Shown: piece by piece, positions 38,884 to 52,003 of the stretch
Position numbering within the stretch: the first letter of the stretch is position 1
Layout: every line of letters starts with the position of its first letter
From: Phoronis australis
Taxonomy: Eukaryota; Animalia; Phoronida
Direction: 5' to 3'
DNA: 64,000 nt
NCBI GenBank assembly: GCA_002633005.1
Contig: NMRA01000025.1
Coordinates: 1,157,160 to 1,221,159 of the forward strand
Translations under genes and position numbers: made by a program
The notes under the pieces: generated by a model
What the model was told of the DNA's origin: nothing
The model's database searches: none
What the model saw: the letters and a program-made list of their open reading frames with translations, nothing else

Positions 38884-41800
38884 ACTGCTGGACCATCGAG
38901 TCGGGTCTATAGCTCCTCAAGTCAATTTGAACTACCATATATATTAATAAAGCATTGTAAGGTTCAAGGGATCAATGCAATGGGACGACTTTAGCGGCTT
39001 GCGCACGTCTGCAATTAAGCAAACATTGATTATTTAAAAACTGTTTATAGTACGACTGTCATCAACAAACATTTCTGGCAATATAGTGAGTCTTTGCAAA
39101 ATTACTATTTTGGCCTTTATTTTATTTGAATTTCAGGAAAGTTTACGGTAGTCATTTGAAAAATCAAAAAAGCACTTTTGGCTATTTTTGTGCATGAATT
39201 TCCCCTAGTATTTTTGATAATGTGAACACAGTCATTACAATGAGCACAGTTGGGGACACAGATTGTTATCTACCACTTCATCCAGTACAATCTTAACCAG
39301 GCGTTACTTTTAATATGAAAAAAGGAATACATGCAAGTAGTACCACAAGCTCTCAGCGCAACGTGACTGGTTTTCAATTTTTTCTCATCATGAAATCAAC
39401 AAGTTCTCTAAATTACACGGTCTAGTGAAGAGGTTGGTATTCTGCTTAATGTACTGTGTCAAGGTTTGAATGTTTTGAGACCTGCTGGTGCATTACCAAC
39501 CAGGCAGGTGGAGATATGTTTTGTTCCAAGGCTGGAGCATAAAATTTATGATAATAAACGAATTCCCGATGTCTCCTGATTTAATGTTGCTGCCAAATTT
39601 TTACCACTTTGACTTGTAAGTCATAATGATGCTTTTGGCATAATATGCTTGTATACAGACTCCATTCTGTTAATATGGTTAATCTAATTTCGGGACCTAC
39701 ATTTTCCTTACATGGGGTGCACCAGTCAAGGACACTACTGAACCCTGGACTGCATTCCATTGACATGTATGGGAAGGTAATGTGATGGTGTGGTTCACTT
39801 GTAATGCACCGTGTGGTGTCCCGTTGAAGACTTGCGTGATCTGGGATCTATGAAATGCAACCAGTTGTTGTGTAAACGAACCAGAAAGCATGCTGTGGTA
39901 TACAACAATGCATGCGGTTATGACACTTAATTAGTTCTTATGACTAAAACGGATGATGGATAGGGTGGATGATGGATAGGGTCCGGTTGCTAAGATAATA
40001 TCTCTCTCTGCACCAAGTGTTTGTTCTCAAGAATCACGTGACACTTTGTTTTTTTTTTATGGTTTTACTTATAAATAATCGTAAAGATACTGAAATATGA
40101 ACATTTCAACCCTGTTTTTGTTTGCCTTATTTTGCAATTATTACTATTATCTTTTTAAATTAAAGGATTGGTTGGGTTTCTGTGGAAGTCCCATTGAATA
40201 TGGGGACAGTTGAGTGAGAATCCATAATGCATGAGTCATCTGTCACTCATTACGACGGCCGCTTTAGGGGGTGGAGCGACACCAAAAAAATAAATTAAAC
40301 CAAAAATTCATATTAACATCATCAGTTTGAAAGTATTTGGAGTTGTTGAATAAGCATTGTTTGGCCTTAAATTTTGACTGAACTAATGCGTGACAAAATT
40401 CGTTTCATACCCTCGTTGCCTCAATTTTGGCACCAAATATTGGCGCCTTTCTCCCATTGAAAATTTTAAAAATTGCGTGAAATTCTCCTTATGCCCAAAA
40501 TTCCCGCTCTTCCATGGTAAAGTAAATCCCTCATGGTTAGAATCACATATGCAAAATGTTAGTTTTGGCTACTTTAGACGTTGCTGATGATGGGTGGCTA
40601 AAGGGGAATTTCTCGTCAACCAAAAATTTCCCCTCTTAGATGGCACAAGCATCTCTTTCAAGAGAGCGAGAGCCCTGCGTTGTATGACAAGATATGCATC
40701 AGAATGGGTAGTAGCCGCCATTTAGATGTGACAACATTTTATTATTTGGTCCATTGCAACATCTCAAATTATGACGTTTCTTGCAACCTGCTTCACCATT
40801 TTCTTACCTCCTGCCCTGATTTGTGACATGGTGAAGTTCAAAGGAGTACTGGTCAAAATAAGTCGCATTTGCATCTCAGTAAGAGTCGTTTAGCGATTAT
40901 CAATTCAGGAAATATCTGGAGAATTTGGGAAGTATTTTCAGACTTTTCTCCAAATGAAAAAGTTTGCTGTAGGTGATTACGATCCCATGGTTAAGTGAAA
41001 TGTAATTTTGTCAAAATATATTTCTCAAAAATACGTGTTCAAAATGTTTAAAATGTTAGCTTTGTTCGTAGTGTGCAGATGTCATAAGGAGGCACAGAAC
41101 AGTTCTCACTGGGTTTTGCCTAGCAAAACACACATCACTTGATTTGTAACCTTTTCTTCACTCTGTCAAAAACAGGATGCAAAGAATGGCATGATTTCAA
41201 TTATTTCACATAAAAAGCCCAGCAGATGAGCACAGAAACTTTATTCTTTCTTGTATTTTTGACCATTTCATTCCCACTGACAACCAAGCTAGACTAAGAA
41301 AAATAAGGGCAAAAAAATGCAAAATCGGCACTTTTCACCCGAAAAACACCACTTCCCTGCCGATGCACGACTAAAACTAAACTTAGAGTCTGAAAGCAAA
41401 TTTCCTACCGATTCAGAAAATGTGGTCCAAAAGTACTGTCAACCAACTAGTTTTTTTGCAATTCTTGCTTGTTTGAGGGCTACCTAAAATCACAGCCAAT
41501 TTCTCGGTCGCTACCCAACAATGCACAATTGCAGCCGGGGGCCGCCATCTTGAAGAAGAGTGCAGCTACAGCCAAGAAAGTGGCCTTTTTTTATTCACAG
41601 CATGTTCACAAATACAAACAAACCACATTCACTGAGCCTACGTGCAATGCCCACCTACAAAATGCCCCCAAACTTGGCCTACCCCAAAATTTCTATATTT
41701 TGGGAGTGCAAATTGGCCGCGGCCGCAGCCTAACTATTCAGTGCCACCTTAAGTCTTTAGTGTAGAATAGGGTATCAGACCGTCACCGGTGCACCCACAA

Positions 41801-42143
41801 TCGGCGGGCAGGTGTCCGATTTGGTATGCTAAATTTGACCGGACCAACACTCTGGCCAAGAACTGTCATTCATCTAAGCACTGAGATCTTGTGCTATGGT
41901 TTCTTTAGCAAACTGCTACGGTCCGACACTTTACATTAAAGTAATCAGTCATTGTCAAGTTACAAAAACGATAATTTTAGCAATTATTTTTTGTGCAGAA
42001 TAAATGAAGAATGTCTGTATCAAGTTCAACGGTTGGTGCAAATGTAAAGTTTATTGTTATGCAAGCCTTGTGGCTGTGCTACTATGAAATACGCACAAAA
42101 ATTAGCATTGAAATATGTGTTGTTCTGTTTTGTGTTCTCACAG

Positions 42144-42259
42144 AGCCTGAGGTCTGTGTGGAGTGATTGGACCAGTGCTGCCCTCCATGACAAACTAATG
42201 GAACTAGATGCAGAGAAAGCACGATCAATACACCGCAATGACAGACGTAAAATCATAAG
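42144..42259 (+). CDS. TRIT1: tRNA dimethylallyltransferase (TRIT1/Mod5/MiaA family), internal exon
   Basis: Acceptor ttctcacag and donor AG|gtaggt. Encodes SLRSVWSDWTSAALHDKLMELDAEKARSIHRNDRRKII(R), matching the IPT-family LHxxLxxxDxxxAxxIHxNDxRKxxR motif. Confidence 0.95.
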
Positions 42260-44163
42260 GTAGGTAGTGTGAACGTAATGCTTGGCAGGAGTAGTAAGCA
42301 GTGTTGTGATGCATGGGAGAGTTTTATTCAGATAATAAGATCAGCCTTATTTAAGTGTTGGTCTGGTATTTATTTTCAATAGGGAGACTGGAGCTAGTGT
42401 GGCCCCCTCTTTGAAAAGTAGAAGTTCCTGACAAAATTTCTCAACTGCATTTTTGAAAACGTTTCGAAAACTTACAGAAATTCATGGAGTCTTTCTTTGA
42501 TGTACAGTTGATGAATTCACTGCAATTACAACATTGCGGTTTGTATTCAAAGTGGTCATATGCTGAACTTGCCTCATGACGGGTCAAGTCTGACCAGTCC
42601 AGGTGTAACTTCGGCCCACAGATATCCGTACTTAGACTGGTGTTTCCAGTTCTATGAAAAATTTTTAAACCGTCAAATGAAGTGATTGGTATGTTTGTGG
42701 CTGCACTTGCATGAGGCTTCTGTGGGCTTCCTTGAACTTTGGTCTATGGAATGAAGTGTTGAAGAATTACACTTATACCTGAGCAATTGATGTCAATTAC
42801 ATCACTGAAGTCTCTGAAACCTTAAAAGTTAAACAATAATTTATAATTTTTTCTTGTGGAAAAGTGTATATTCAACTTCGTAATGAACATGCCCGTACTA
42901 AAAATGCCAAATTAGCACCTGTCTATTTTTGCAAAAATATTGCATGCTATCTCCTTGTGGACTTCAAAAGTATAAAAGAGTATTATATCATATTAAAGCA
43001 CATTGCTCTACCTAAATACACATATAAAGTTGTTAGAAGCTTCGGTATCTTGTGAGAAATAAAAACTGAAATTGAAGCTTGAATTCTGCTACCAAAAGAA
43101 GAAATTAAACGTTTGCTTTCTAATATGACATGCACTCCCAGAATTTTGAGATTATGAACCATTTTGAACTTTTGGCAAGTGGCACCAGTGTTTCATGCCT
43201 TGTCTGCTAGATGTGCTCAATTTCCGAACGTACTCTGAGGCTGAACTAGCCCGTTCTCTCGTGGTATTAAATCGTAAAATATATGATAATTTTTCATCTG
43301 AAACACATATTTCATATTGTATGCTGGTCACGCAACCAGTCATTGACAGCGTTAAGGTGATTACATGATAATTAGCGGTTAGGTAAAGTAAACAATAGTC
43401 AAATCCCTTAATAATGCACCCTACCCCTTTGAACATTTATAAAACTTTGTTGTAACTGAACTTGGCTTTAACCGCACTACTTTATTCACAGTGCAGTTAA
43501 CTTGGAACTTGTCAAATGGAACCTTATAAGCAAGTAAAGGTTATTTACCTAGTTTGTTGTGTTGCATTTTGACCGTACTAATTATCTGGTGTAATGCACT
43601 CATTGAAGTTTCACTGCTAAATGATTTGCATCTTTTTACCAAAGATGGACTCTGCTTAAAATGATTTCTGTTTGAGCCCGCAGCTTTGTGGCTGAAATAA
43701 TCCATAAATGAAACTTGAATAGTTGAAGTTGGTGTAGCACAGAATGGACTACCAGTTGGCTTCTTGTACATTTTCGTTAGTCTTATTTTCATACTACAAT
43801 ATTCATTGGAAGAAATACAGATTGGGCAATAATGGGCTGTAATTTGAGATCTGAGGTCTGTTCATGAACAGTGGTTTAAGACTGTTAGACAGAATTTTGG
43901 TGTTACTGTCTACACAACTAGTTCAGAAAGCAATTACATCTCACTTTAGCAAAAATACAAAGTCTCTGAGGATATACCCATTATTTGTACATATTCAGAT
44001 AAGTGGTGTAAATTATTTCTAGGTTTCTAATAATTACTTTGCTAAACCTTTATTTAGTAACTATGAAGATTGAATTTTTTTCTTGTCTTAAGTCACTTTT
44101 CATGAAACTGGCCCCACTATGTCATGCTTGTATCAATACCATTGTGTTGTTACTTGGTTGTAG

Positions 44164-44306
44164 AGCTGTAGAGGTGTACCAACAGCATGGTGTACGAATG
44201 AGTGAGATACTGGCTCAGCAGCACAGTGAACCTGGAGCAGGGCAGTTGAGTGGACCCTTGAGATACCCCAACACTTGCATACTGTGGCTTCAGTGTCAAC
44301 AGGAAG
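44164..44306 (+). CDS. TRIT1: TRIT1 internal exon
   Basis: Acceptor ttggttgtag and donor G|gtaaat; phase matches the previous exon. Encodes (R)AVEVYQQHGVRMSEILAQQHSEPGAGQLSGPLRYPNTCILWLQCQQE, similar to the vertebrate TRIT1 segment GPLKFSNPCILWL. Confidence 0.95.
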
Positions 44307-44471
44307 GTAAATGGACTACTTGGGTGACTTGATAGTTAACTGTAGGCAGGTTGGCTGAATGGGCCTCTTGGTCTCCATTTTATGTTTTGATTTTATTTAG
44401 CTGTATCAGCGGGTCGCCGATGCAACCTCAGATTGCGTTTGGCGACCTGGGAAGTCGCCACTAGCGAATAT

Positions 44472-46696
44472 TAGTCGGTGGGCTAGATCTCATAGCGTTC
44501 ACCCTTGTGAGTACTTTGGGGGGGGCAACCTAGTTTTTTCTATGTGGCTAGATAATATACCTATAAATCAAATTCCAAAAAGTTCCCACGTCTACACTTG
44601 CACATTTTTTTAAAAAAAGGTGTTTTTGTTGCACAAAATATGATGCACATTCCTGCCACTTGATGGCGCTTTTCTATTAAATTGACCAATCAGAAAGCCA
44701 GATTGTATTGTTGTGCTTAGTTACTTCAATATGGCTGCTCCCGTGGAGTGTGATGCCTGTACAATTCAAGGTATATCAAAGAGCACAAAATTGTGATGTC
44801 AGAGCCTAAAGAAGCTTAGGAAAGCTTCCTGACGAAAGCTGATTGACTGTGGAACTCTGTAAGTCAGTAGATCAAAAAGAAGAAGAGGTGTCACAAACGT
44901 TTGTGCAGAAAACAGCTGCATGTCCTGGTAGCCTACACAGTATACTGCTGAGTGCTGTAGACTGGAAGACCAAGTGTCAGACCAAAAAATTGAAAGGACA
45001 TAGAACGGCATAGCAACGTTTCAAGGCACCAACAGTAGTACTAAAGCTGAAGTTGCTGAAAGTGATACAGATGTTATCCAAGATTTCCCAAGAAAATCAA
45101 TTATAATCTGAACCACCATCCTTAACAAGATAGGAACATTCTGAAACATGAGTGCATCATTTGTTAGCAGGAAAAGTACATTATGGGCCACATTTCAAGA
45201 AAGAGAAAGAAGTGTAGCTTTCAAAAACAGGTACGTGTTTTTGAAAAATACATCTTGGTGTTTTCCATGTGTGTTTCAGTATTATCACCNNNNNNNNNNN
45301 NNNNNNNNNNNNNNNNNNNNNNNNNNNNNNNNNNNNNNNNNNNNNNNNNNNNNNNNNNNNNNNNNNNNNNNNNNNNNNNNNNNNNNNNNNNNNNNNNNNN
45401 NNNNNNNNNNNNNNNNNNNNNNNNNNNNNNNNNNNNNNNNNNNNNNNNNNNNNNNNNNNNNNNNNNNNNNNNNNNNNNNNNNNNNNNNNNNNNNNNNNNN
45501 NNNNNNNNNNNNNNNNNNNNNNNNNNNNNNNNNNNNNNNNNNNNNNNNNNNNNNNNNNNNNNNNNNNNNNNNNNNNNNNNNNNNNNNNNNNNNNNNNNNN
45601 NNNNNNNNNNNNNNNNNNNNNNNNNNNNNNNNNNNNNNNNNNNNNNNNNNNNNNNNNNNNNNNNNNNNNNNNNNNNNNNNNNNNNNNNNNNNNNNNNNNN
45701 NNNNNNNNNNNNNNNNNNNNNNNNNNNNNNNNNNNNNNNNNNNNNNNNNNNNNNNNNNNNNNNNNNNNNNNNNNNNNNNNNNNNNNNNNNNNNNNNNNNN
45801 NNNNNNNNNNNNNNNNNNNNNNNNNNNNNNNNNNNNNNNNNNNNNNNNNNNNNNNNNNNNNNNNNNNNNNNNNNNNNNNNNNNNNNNNNNNNNNNNNNNN
45901 NNNNNNNNNNNNNNNNNNNNNNNNNNNNNNNNNNNNNNNNNNNNNNNNNNNNNNNNNNNNNNNNNNNNNNNNNNNNNNNNNNNNNNNNNNNNNNNNNNNN
46001 NNNNNNNNNNNNNNNNNNNNNNNNNNNNNNNNNNNNNNNNNNNNNNNNNNNNNNNNNNNNNNNNNNNNNNNNNNNNNNNNNNNNNNNNNNNNNNNNNNNN
46101 NNNNNNNNNNNNNNNNNNNNNNNNNNNNNNNNNNNNNNNNNNNNNNNNNNNNNNNNNNNNNNNNNNNNNNNNNNNNNNNNNNNNNNNNNNNNNNNNNNNN
46201 NNNNNNNNNNNNNNNNNNTTTTAGTCATTGAGGCACAAATTTTGCCCAGTCTCAAGTGTTTTGTGTTATTTTTGTTGCCTGACAATGCCAGAATAACTTC
46301 CTAGTAACATTCAGACTTAGTTTGTATTTTTGCCACTAGGTGTCTCTTTACATTTTTTAAATTTCACTGTTTACAATTAATTTACAATAGTAAAACATCT
46401 AATGTGAGTGTAATATTGTTCAATACAATGGCACTGATGGGACCATATTACTTGTTTTACAAAAAAGTCACCAAAACTGTTGTTTTTACAAATATAAGTT
46501 TACTAAGCTCTTTGGTGATTATTAGGCAACTTCAAACTCAAATTTCTCAAAAATGTGCAACTTTATATGTGGGAACTTTTTAGATTTTGAAAACACTCTA
46601 ATAAATGAATTAAAAAACACTAAAATAAAATTGCCCCCCTAAAGTACTCACAAAAACCATTTTCTAGAGGCCCTACAAAATCTGGCCCACCGACTA
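44472..46696. mobile_element. Academ-like non-autonomous DNA transposon spanning the assembly gap
   Basis: TIRs TAGTCGGTGGGCTAGAT and ATCTGGCCCACCGACTA (16/17), subterminal inverted gtgagtacttt..ggggcaa and ttgccccc..aaagtactcac, and a 3-bp TSD TAT on both sides. TAG..CTA termini with a short TSD fit Academ. Confidence 0.75.
45290..46218. other. Assembly gap (929 N)
   Basis: Run of N inside the Academ-like element. Confidence 1.
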
Positions 46697-47437
46697 TATC
46701 AATGTTGGACAGTAATTCGTTTCAAATTTAGTGTTGACTTCAAACCTTTAAATTACTAGATTCATTACCTTTGATTAAAAATTGTTCCATTTATTTCATT
46801 AAATCAGTGCATTAGCCACCACAGCAATCAGCAAACATGAAACGTGCTTAAATTACTACAGGAAGAAAACAGCCGGTAGTTGGAATTTTTCGGCAAAAAT
46901 CGGGCAAGATTGGTGAAATTCGCGCCTCCTGTATGCGATCGTCTGCATTCTATGTTCGTTCATTGGTGGAGGAATTCAGTTACTAAAGAGAAATAATGTA
47001 CATTTACACATGTACGGGGAGAAATTTGACTGAGAATGGGTCACATTATGACAGCCTGGGATTTTCAGATTTGGCGACTTGGGATTTTTAACAGTGCGCC
47101 AAATGCGACTTGGCATTGAGCTAAGCGTTGTGCGCTGCATATGAACTGAAGTAGTTTTGTTGTTGTCATGGTTGGGAATGCCCCTGTCCCATGTCCAAAC
47201 TGTTGTTTTTGTGTGTTTTATAACATTAACAACAGCAAAGAAGCCCACATTTGATAGGCTGTTGTTTTGTTCGTTTTATTTGGACTTCTATTGATTGAAA
47301 ATATCTTGTTTTCCAATAGTATATTGTCTAACATGGCAACACTCTAACACAATGTAGCTTGTTAAAGACATTATCATTCAAGTAGTTGTTAATCATGCTG
47401 TTGCAAGCCCAACTCCTTGTGTTATTGTCTGCTCCAG

Positions 47438-47549
47438 CACTAGATGAGCGCTGTAACCGCCGTGTGGACAATATGTTGGAGCGTGGCTTGATTGATGAGA
47501 TGCATCAGTTCCACCAGGACTACAACAAGCAGAGGTCTACTGATGACAG
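47438..47549 (+). CDS. TRIT1: TRIT1 internal exon
   Basis: Acceptor gtctgctccag and donor AG|gtacta. Encodes (A)LDERCNRRVDNMLERGLIDEMHQFHQDYNKQRSTDD(R), containing the LxxRxxxRVDxMLxxGLxxE motif. Confidence 0.95.
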
Positions 47550-47582
47550 GTACTAAGGATGACCAGTGCTATTTGAAACTGG

Positions 47583-47672
47583 ACTCACAAAAATAAGCCA
47601 ATTGCATTGCATGACTCAAAAAAATTAGCCAGTCGCATTATATTACTCACAAAAATAAGCCAGTTGCATTAT
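47583..47672. repeat. About 31-bp tandem repeat, 3 copies
   Basis: actcacaaaaataagccaattgcatt.. repeated three times with substitutions. Confidence 0.85.
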
Positions 47673-48540
47673 ATGTAATTCCTAAGTTCAGCGGGAGCGT
47701 GCCACGTGGTTGGTCAATTTACATGTCAAGTTTTGAGTAAAGTTTGGTGGTGTCACAGGTCCAGGGACTGGTAAGGGCTGATGGCAGCTTGCAGTCTTGG
47801 GTTTTGAAACATAATACTCGGCAGTTGTTTAGAGCTGATGTGAAGAGGCAGTGGGTAGGTGGCAGCACCATGCAAGATGTGCCTTGAATGAAAATGTTTA
47901 GGATCATCTTAAAGTGACTTTGGCATGTTTTCTAGATAAATGGTAAAAAATGTTATGGGCAATACTGAGTAACTATCGTGTGTCTCCTAACGATGGTACA
48001 TATTGAAGATAATAAACATGTTGGCCACAAAAATGTACTTAAATTTAAAAAAAAGACAGTCAATAACTGCATTTATTGTCTTAGGTACAAGATTAATGAG
48101 TGGTTTTAATTCATAAAGAGGAATTAAGTCTTTAAAACACGCTGTTTATTAAGTTTGAAAGAAGGTTTATTACACATTGTACAAACAGATATGTGCTTGT
48201 TTACCATTAGCATTGCACAGTAAATTTCTGTGCTCCAAAACCCAGTTGTATTTTGCGTACGGAACATGTGATGGTTCACGCGCCTACTTTCACGGCAAGG
48301 TGTAACCATACGGTAGGTCCGGGCGCAGAGCCTAATCCATGGGAACTGAATTTGAACCCCCAGTATAGAACTGGAGTTTGAAGACATTTTTGGGACACCC
48401 TGTTGGTGCTGTCGATGCATTTTTATACTGTAACCTGCACATCTTTGTCATACTGGGAAACATTGAAAGTCTGTCTCATTATTAGTGAAGTAACCTGTAT
48501 GAAACTGCCTGGTCAACATAAAGTGTATTCTTTACCACAG

Positions 48541-48656
48541 GTCTGACTACACCCATGGTATATTCCAAAGCATTGGGTTCAAAGAGTTTCACAGTTATCT
48601 GCTGTTACCTGAAGCTGAGAGACAGACTGATCTAGGCAGAGCGATGTTGAAAGAAG
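48541..48656 (+). CDS. TRIT1: TRIT1 internal exon
   Basis: Acceptor tttaccacag and donor G|gtaact. Encodes SDYTHGIFQSIGFKEFHSYLLLPEAERQTDLGRAMLKE, containing the diagnostic GIFQSIGFKEF motif. Confidence 0.97.
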
Positions 48657-49200
48657 GTAACTACAAAAAGTTCGAGATGATAGGCGTGCAACATTGGGAA
48701 TTGACATATCTGGCATAGTTTCTGTGATAGTGCTCTCCAAGCATGCACAATGACCTTTTTGGCATGCACCTAAACCTTCAATTTTTATCTGTTAGTGTTT
48801 AGTTGACTCTACAAACAGGGAAGGCATGCAAACTTCATGACTTCACTAAGTGTTTCTTAGGTAGTAAGAAAAAGCCACGTTTACAATATTTAGCACTAAT
48901 ACATGTCTACGATAACCATTAGTATTGCATTTTTTTGTGAAAATAACACCTAAAATTTCCTTGTCAGCCTGTTGGTGGCAGATTGGTGTAAAGCTGGAGA
49001 GTCTGCAGGCGTTCTTCTTCCAGGAAATATATACTTTTACAGAGCTAATTGTTGTAGTTTTGTAGACATTTGACTTGTTGATAAAGTCTTACATAACCTT
49101 AAAACAAGATCTGTCACTGCTCGTATTTCTTGAATCACTTTTGAAACTGAACTTGGCCCGGTTTTTAGCCTTTCAGAATATTAATTTTTTCCCTCAACAG

Positions 49201-49278
49201 GCGTTGAGTTGCTGAAACTTGCAACAAGAAGGTACGCCAGGTATCAGGTGAAGTGGATCAAGAACAGATTTCTTAAAC
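49201..49278 (+). CDS. TRIT1: TRIT1 internal exon
   Basis: Acceptor ttttttccctcaacag and donor C|gtaagt. Encodes (G)VELLKLATRRYARYQVKWIKNRFLK, containing the TRRYAxxQxxW motif. Confidence 0.97.
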
Positions 49279-50248
49279 GTAAGTCAGTGAGTCCTAAGCA
49301 GAAATAACACAATGTTGTGAAAGTCGTTGTCGCAGCCATTTTGCAGTGCCCTCAGCTTGTTCGGTCGTCGTAAGTACCACCAAGTTGCACTCATGGCCAC
49401 CTGTTGTAGTTGTGTTGCATAGTCATAGTTACTGTACTGGCAGACAAGATTACTTACTTTACAGTACGGTGACTTTGGGGGCTGCGATGGTGTCGACTGA
49501 CTTTTACAGCATTTAAATTATAATTCAAAAATATTTTGTCTTACGGGCGACAACAAGGCCACTCTCCGACTTCTAGAGAGAGACAAGCTGGGGGCTGCTG
49601 CCTAGTAAGGGGAGTGCCTGGACTTTTCAAGGTGAAGGTACTGCTAGTGACATGAAGGTCGGCAAACAGATAACTGTGGGAGTGGCTGGAAGATAGCTCT
49701 CAATGAGCTGTTTCTATAATGGATGATTATAATGAATTGTATAATGACTTCGGAATATTGCACAGTTAGGGTACGTGAGACACCAGGAACTGTGAAAGTA
49801 AAGACACCAGTTAGACAGCAATACACCAGTTATAAGGCCAGACCCCCCCCCCAGCTGCCATGTGATGTCTAAGCGCACCCATTCAACAAAATCTTTGTTT
49901 ACTTATGTACTGTACTGTGTATGAATTCACTAGCATAAAATCTTGTTGTGTTCATTCATTTCTTCCATGTCAGCTTTTGTGATCGTCATTAGTTGATTTC
50001 AGAAGTCAAAACGTTTGCTTGTAATAAAAGCAAGAAAACTGAATCCTAAAAGCTTTGTTTGGATGGATTGTACAAGTTCTTTGTAATGTTGATCTTAGTT
50101 ATTGGTTGGTATGTGTTGTGCACAAGAGTCTTGTTTGTTTGACGCTAATGTTGGCTTCACATGTAAGCTCTATTTCATAAACATTGGTCTGTAGGCCACC
50201 TATTGCCAACATGATGTGACCTTATGAACATAAGTCTGAAAAGATTTC

Positions 50249-50302
50249 TGCCCCTGACTGGGACTCGAACCCAGACGCTCTAGACACTGAGCCATCGGGA
50301 CC
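50249..50302 (-). mobile_element. Internally deleted tRNA-derived repeat
   Basis: Minus strand reads ggtcccgaTGGCTCAGTGtctagagcgtctgGGTTCGAGTCCcagtcaggggca; the anticodon arm is missing. Confidence 0.5.
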
Positions 50303-50438
50303 ACCAGTCAAGCACAGAAATCGAATCAGACCTAGCAGTGGGCATCCTGTCCATGTGACCAACAGGTGGCGTTCAGAGCAGACTTAAAAATGTTTTGATC
50401 TATATTTCTATGCCTGTTCAAGGTTTACATATCTTTAT

Positions 50439-50938
50439 CAGGGCTTGGAATTTTCCGTGGAAACGCGGATTTCCGCTTTTTTCAAATGTTCTGTCAGCGC
50501 ATTTTATTATATTTCCACGTAAAAAAAATCTGATTTGACATAAAATTTCCGCGGCAAATTCCTTTCTTACCGCGGCTTTACCGACAACGTTCGCCTTGAA
50601 AAGCGGGAGTTGCTCTTTATGTTTTGGAGGAACGTAAATTGTCAACATTGCCGGGGCATCTGGGATAGTGTGGTGGGATTTTCAATGGCGACTCGTGTGA
50701 TTGTAAAATGCGGTGACAAAACTACGGCTCCGCAGCCAAATATGTGTGGGGGTGGGAGTGGACGGACGAGCTGAAGAGACGCAGATGCATGCTACTGATG
50801 GTGGTAACGTTTTTTTTTTTAGTCCTCCCGACTTTTGTCGACGAAAGGCTCACATCGACTATTTCAAAGCTGGGTACCGCTGGTGTTTTGGGCCGTAAAA
50901 GTTTCCGCGTATTTTGTCATTGGTCATTCCAAGCCCTG
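50439..50938. mobile_element. Non-autonomous hAT-like MITE with 6-bp TSD
   Basis: Perfect TIRs CAGGGCTTGGAAT and ATTCCAAGCCCTG, flanked by identical CTTTAT (50433-50438 and 50939-50944). CpG-rich interior suggests it is young. Confidence 0.9.
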
Positions 50939-51112
50939 CTTTATAATCTGTAGTATTCGAAAGGAAGTAAACAGGAAATAGTTTCTATGTCCAACCTGCA
51001 CATTTTACTTAGTTAAGACTGGCTGCTGCAACTTGTGACATGTAACAAGTCTATAATGTAAGTCTGTGTATGGCTCCCTCACACTCACTTATCTTGTGTC
51101 CGTTGTTTTCAG

Positions 51113-51222
51113 GAGAGGGTGACAACATCCCTGCTATCTATGCTGTGGACTCTACATACCCCGACAAGTGGCAGACAGAAGCATTAGCCCCTGCCTGTAG
51201 TATCGTAGAAGCTTTCTTACAG
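51113..51222 (+). CDS. TRIT1: TRIT1 internal exon
   Basis: Acceptor gttgttttcag and donor CAG|gtaata. Encodes (R)EGDNIPAIYAVDSTYPDKWQTEALAPACSIVEAFLQ, similar to vertebrate [31 protein letters not shown]. Confidence 0.93.
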
Positions 51223-51885
51223 GTAATACAGCAAGGTTCCCCTGTAGCCACGTCCGGGTACCCTTTCAAAAAAATCTTATGTGCATTCAACAATGCTAAC
51301 TACTCGCTAGGCTCTCGTACTGAAGATCTTGCCTTATGCCATGAAAAAAGGAGTTGACTTACCGTTTCCTCTGGTGACGTAACATTCTGGCTTTGACATT
51401 AAACCAGTTGTGTGATAGCAAATGTTAACATTATACTGCATTACACTAATGTGAACTTGGAAACCTCGACAAACACAAACGATACAAGTCTTACCAAATG
51501 TACTCCAGTTTAACCCGCAACAATTCCACGAAATAGAAATTTTTACACTGTTAGATTCCTGGACAATGTTTTGGGCACATTGATTATTGGTAAAAGTAGT
51601 CAGGGGAGTTACAGTTGTTTTTAGGTGAACTGGATTTTTTACAAGAATTGTTTCATTATGCTGTTACATCATCATCACATTTTCAGACTTGTCAACACTT
51701 CCAACACAGCAGTTAAGTCACTACTCTAATCAGCGTTTGTTTATGGTGTAGCTCATTATGTCTGTAGCCACAATGAATGCATCACGTCTATTTCAACAGT
51801 TTGTAAGGTTTGAGACATGGTGACAAATGTGCCTTAGTTGTTTCATGTTGTTACTTGACTTTTCAAAACCTCATTGTTCTTGTAG

Positions 51886-52003
51886 AACAAGACACCCAGC
51901 GTTGAGCCGTTACCAAGAGACGGAGAGTCCATCAACCGTGTGGTGCATATGACATGTGATGTGTGTGATGGACGTCTGTTTGTCCGTGAGAAGGAGTGGC
52001 TGG
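51886..52003 (+). CDS. TRIT1: TRIT1 exon, first half of the C-terminal C2H2 (matrin/U1-like) zinc finger
   Basis: Acceptor gttcttgtag and donor G|gtaagt. Encodes NKTPSVEPLPRDGESINRVVHMTCDVCDGRLFVREKEWL (CxxC...EW). Confidence 0.93.

Noticed and set aside
40251-41752. Degenerate inverted ends (ttacgacggccgc and gcggccgcagcctaa) and a Kolobok-like end cagtgccaccTTAA
   Set aside because: Probably old non-autonomous DNA elements, but the TIR match is weak and no TSD could be confirmed.
45148-46304. Four 320-373 aa ORFs in the supplied track
   Set aside because: They are open only because they cross the 929-N gap.
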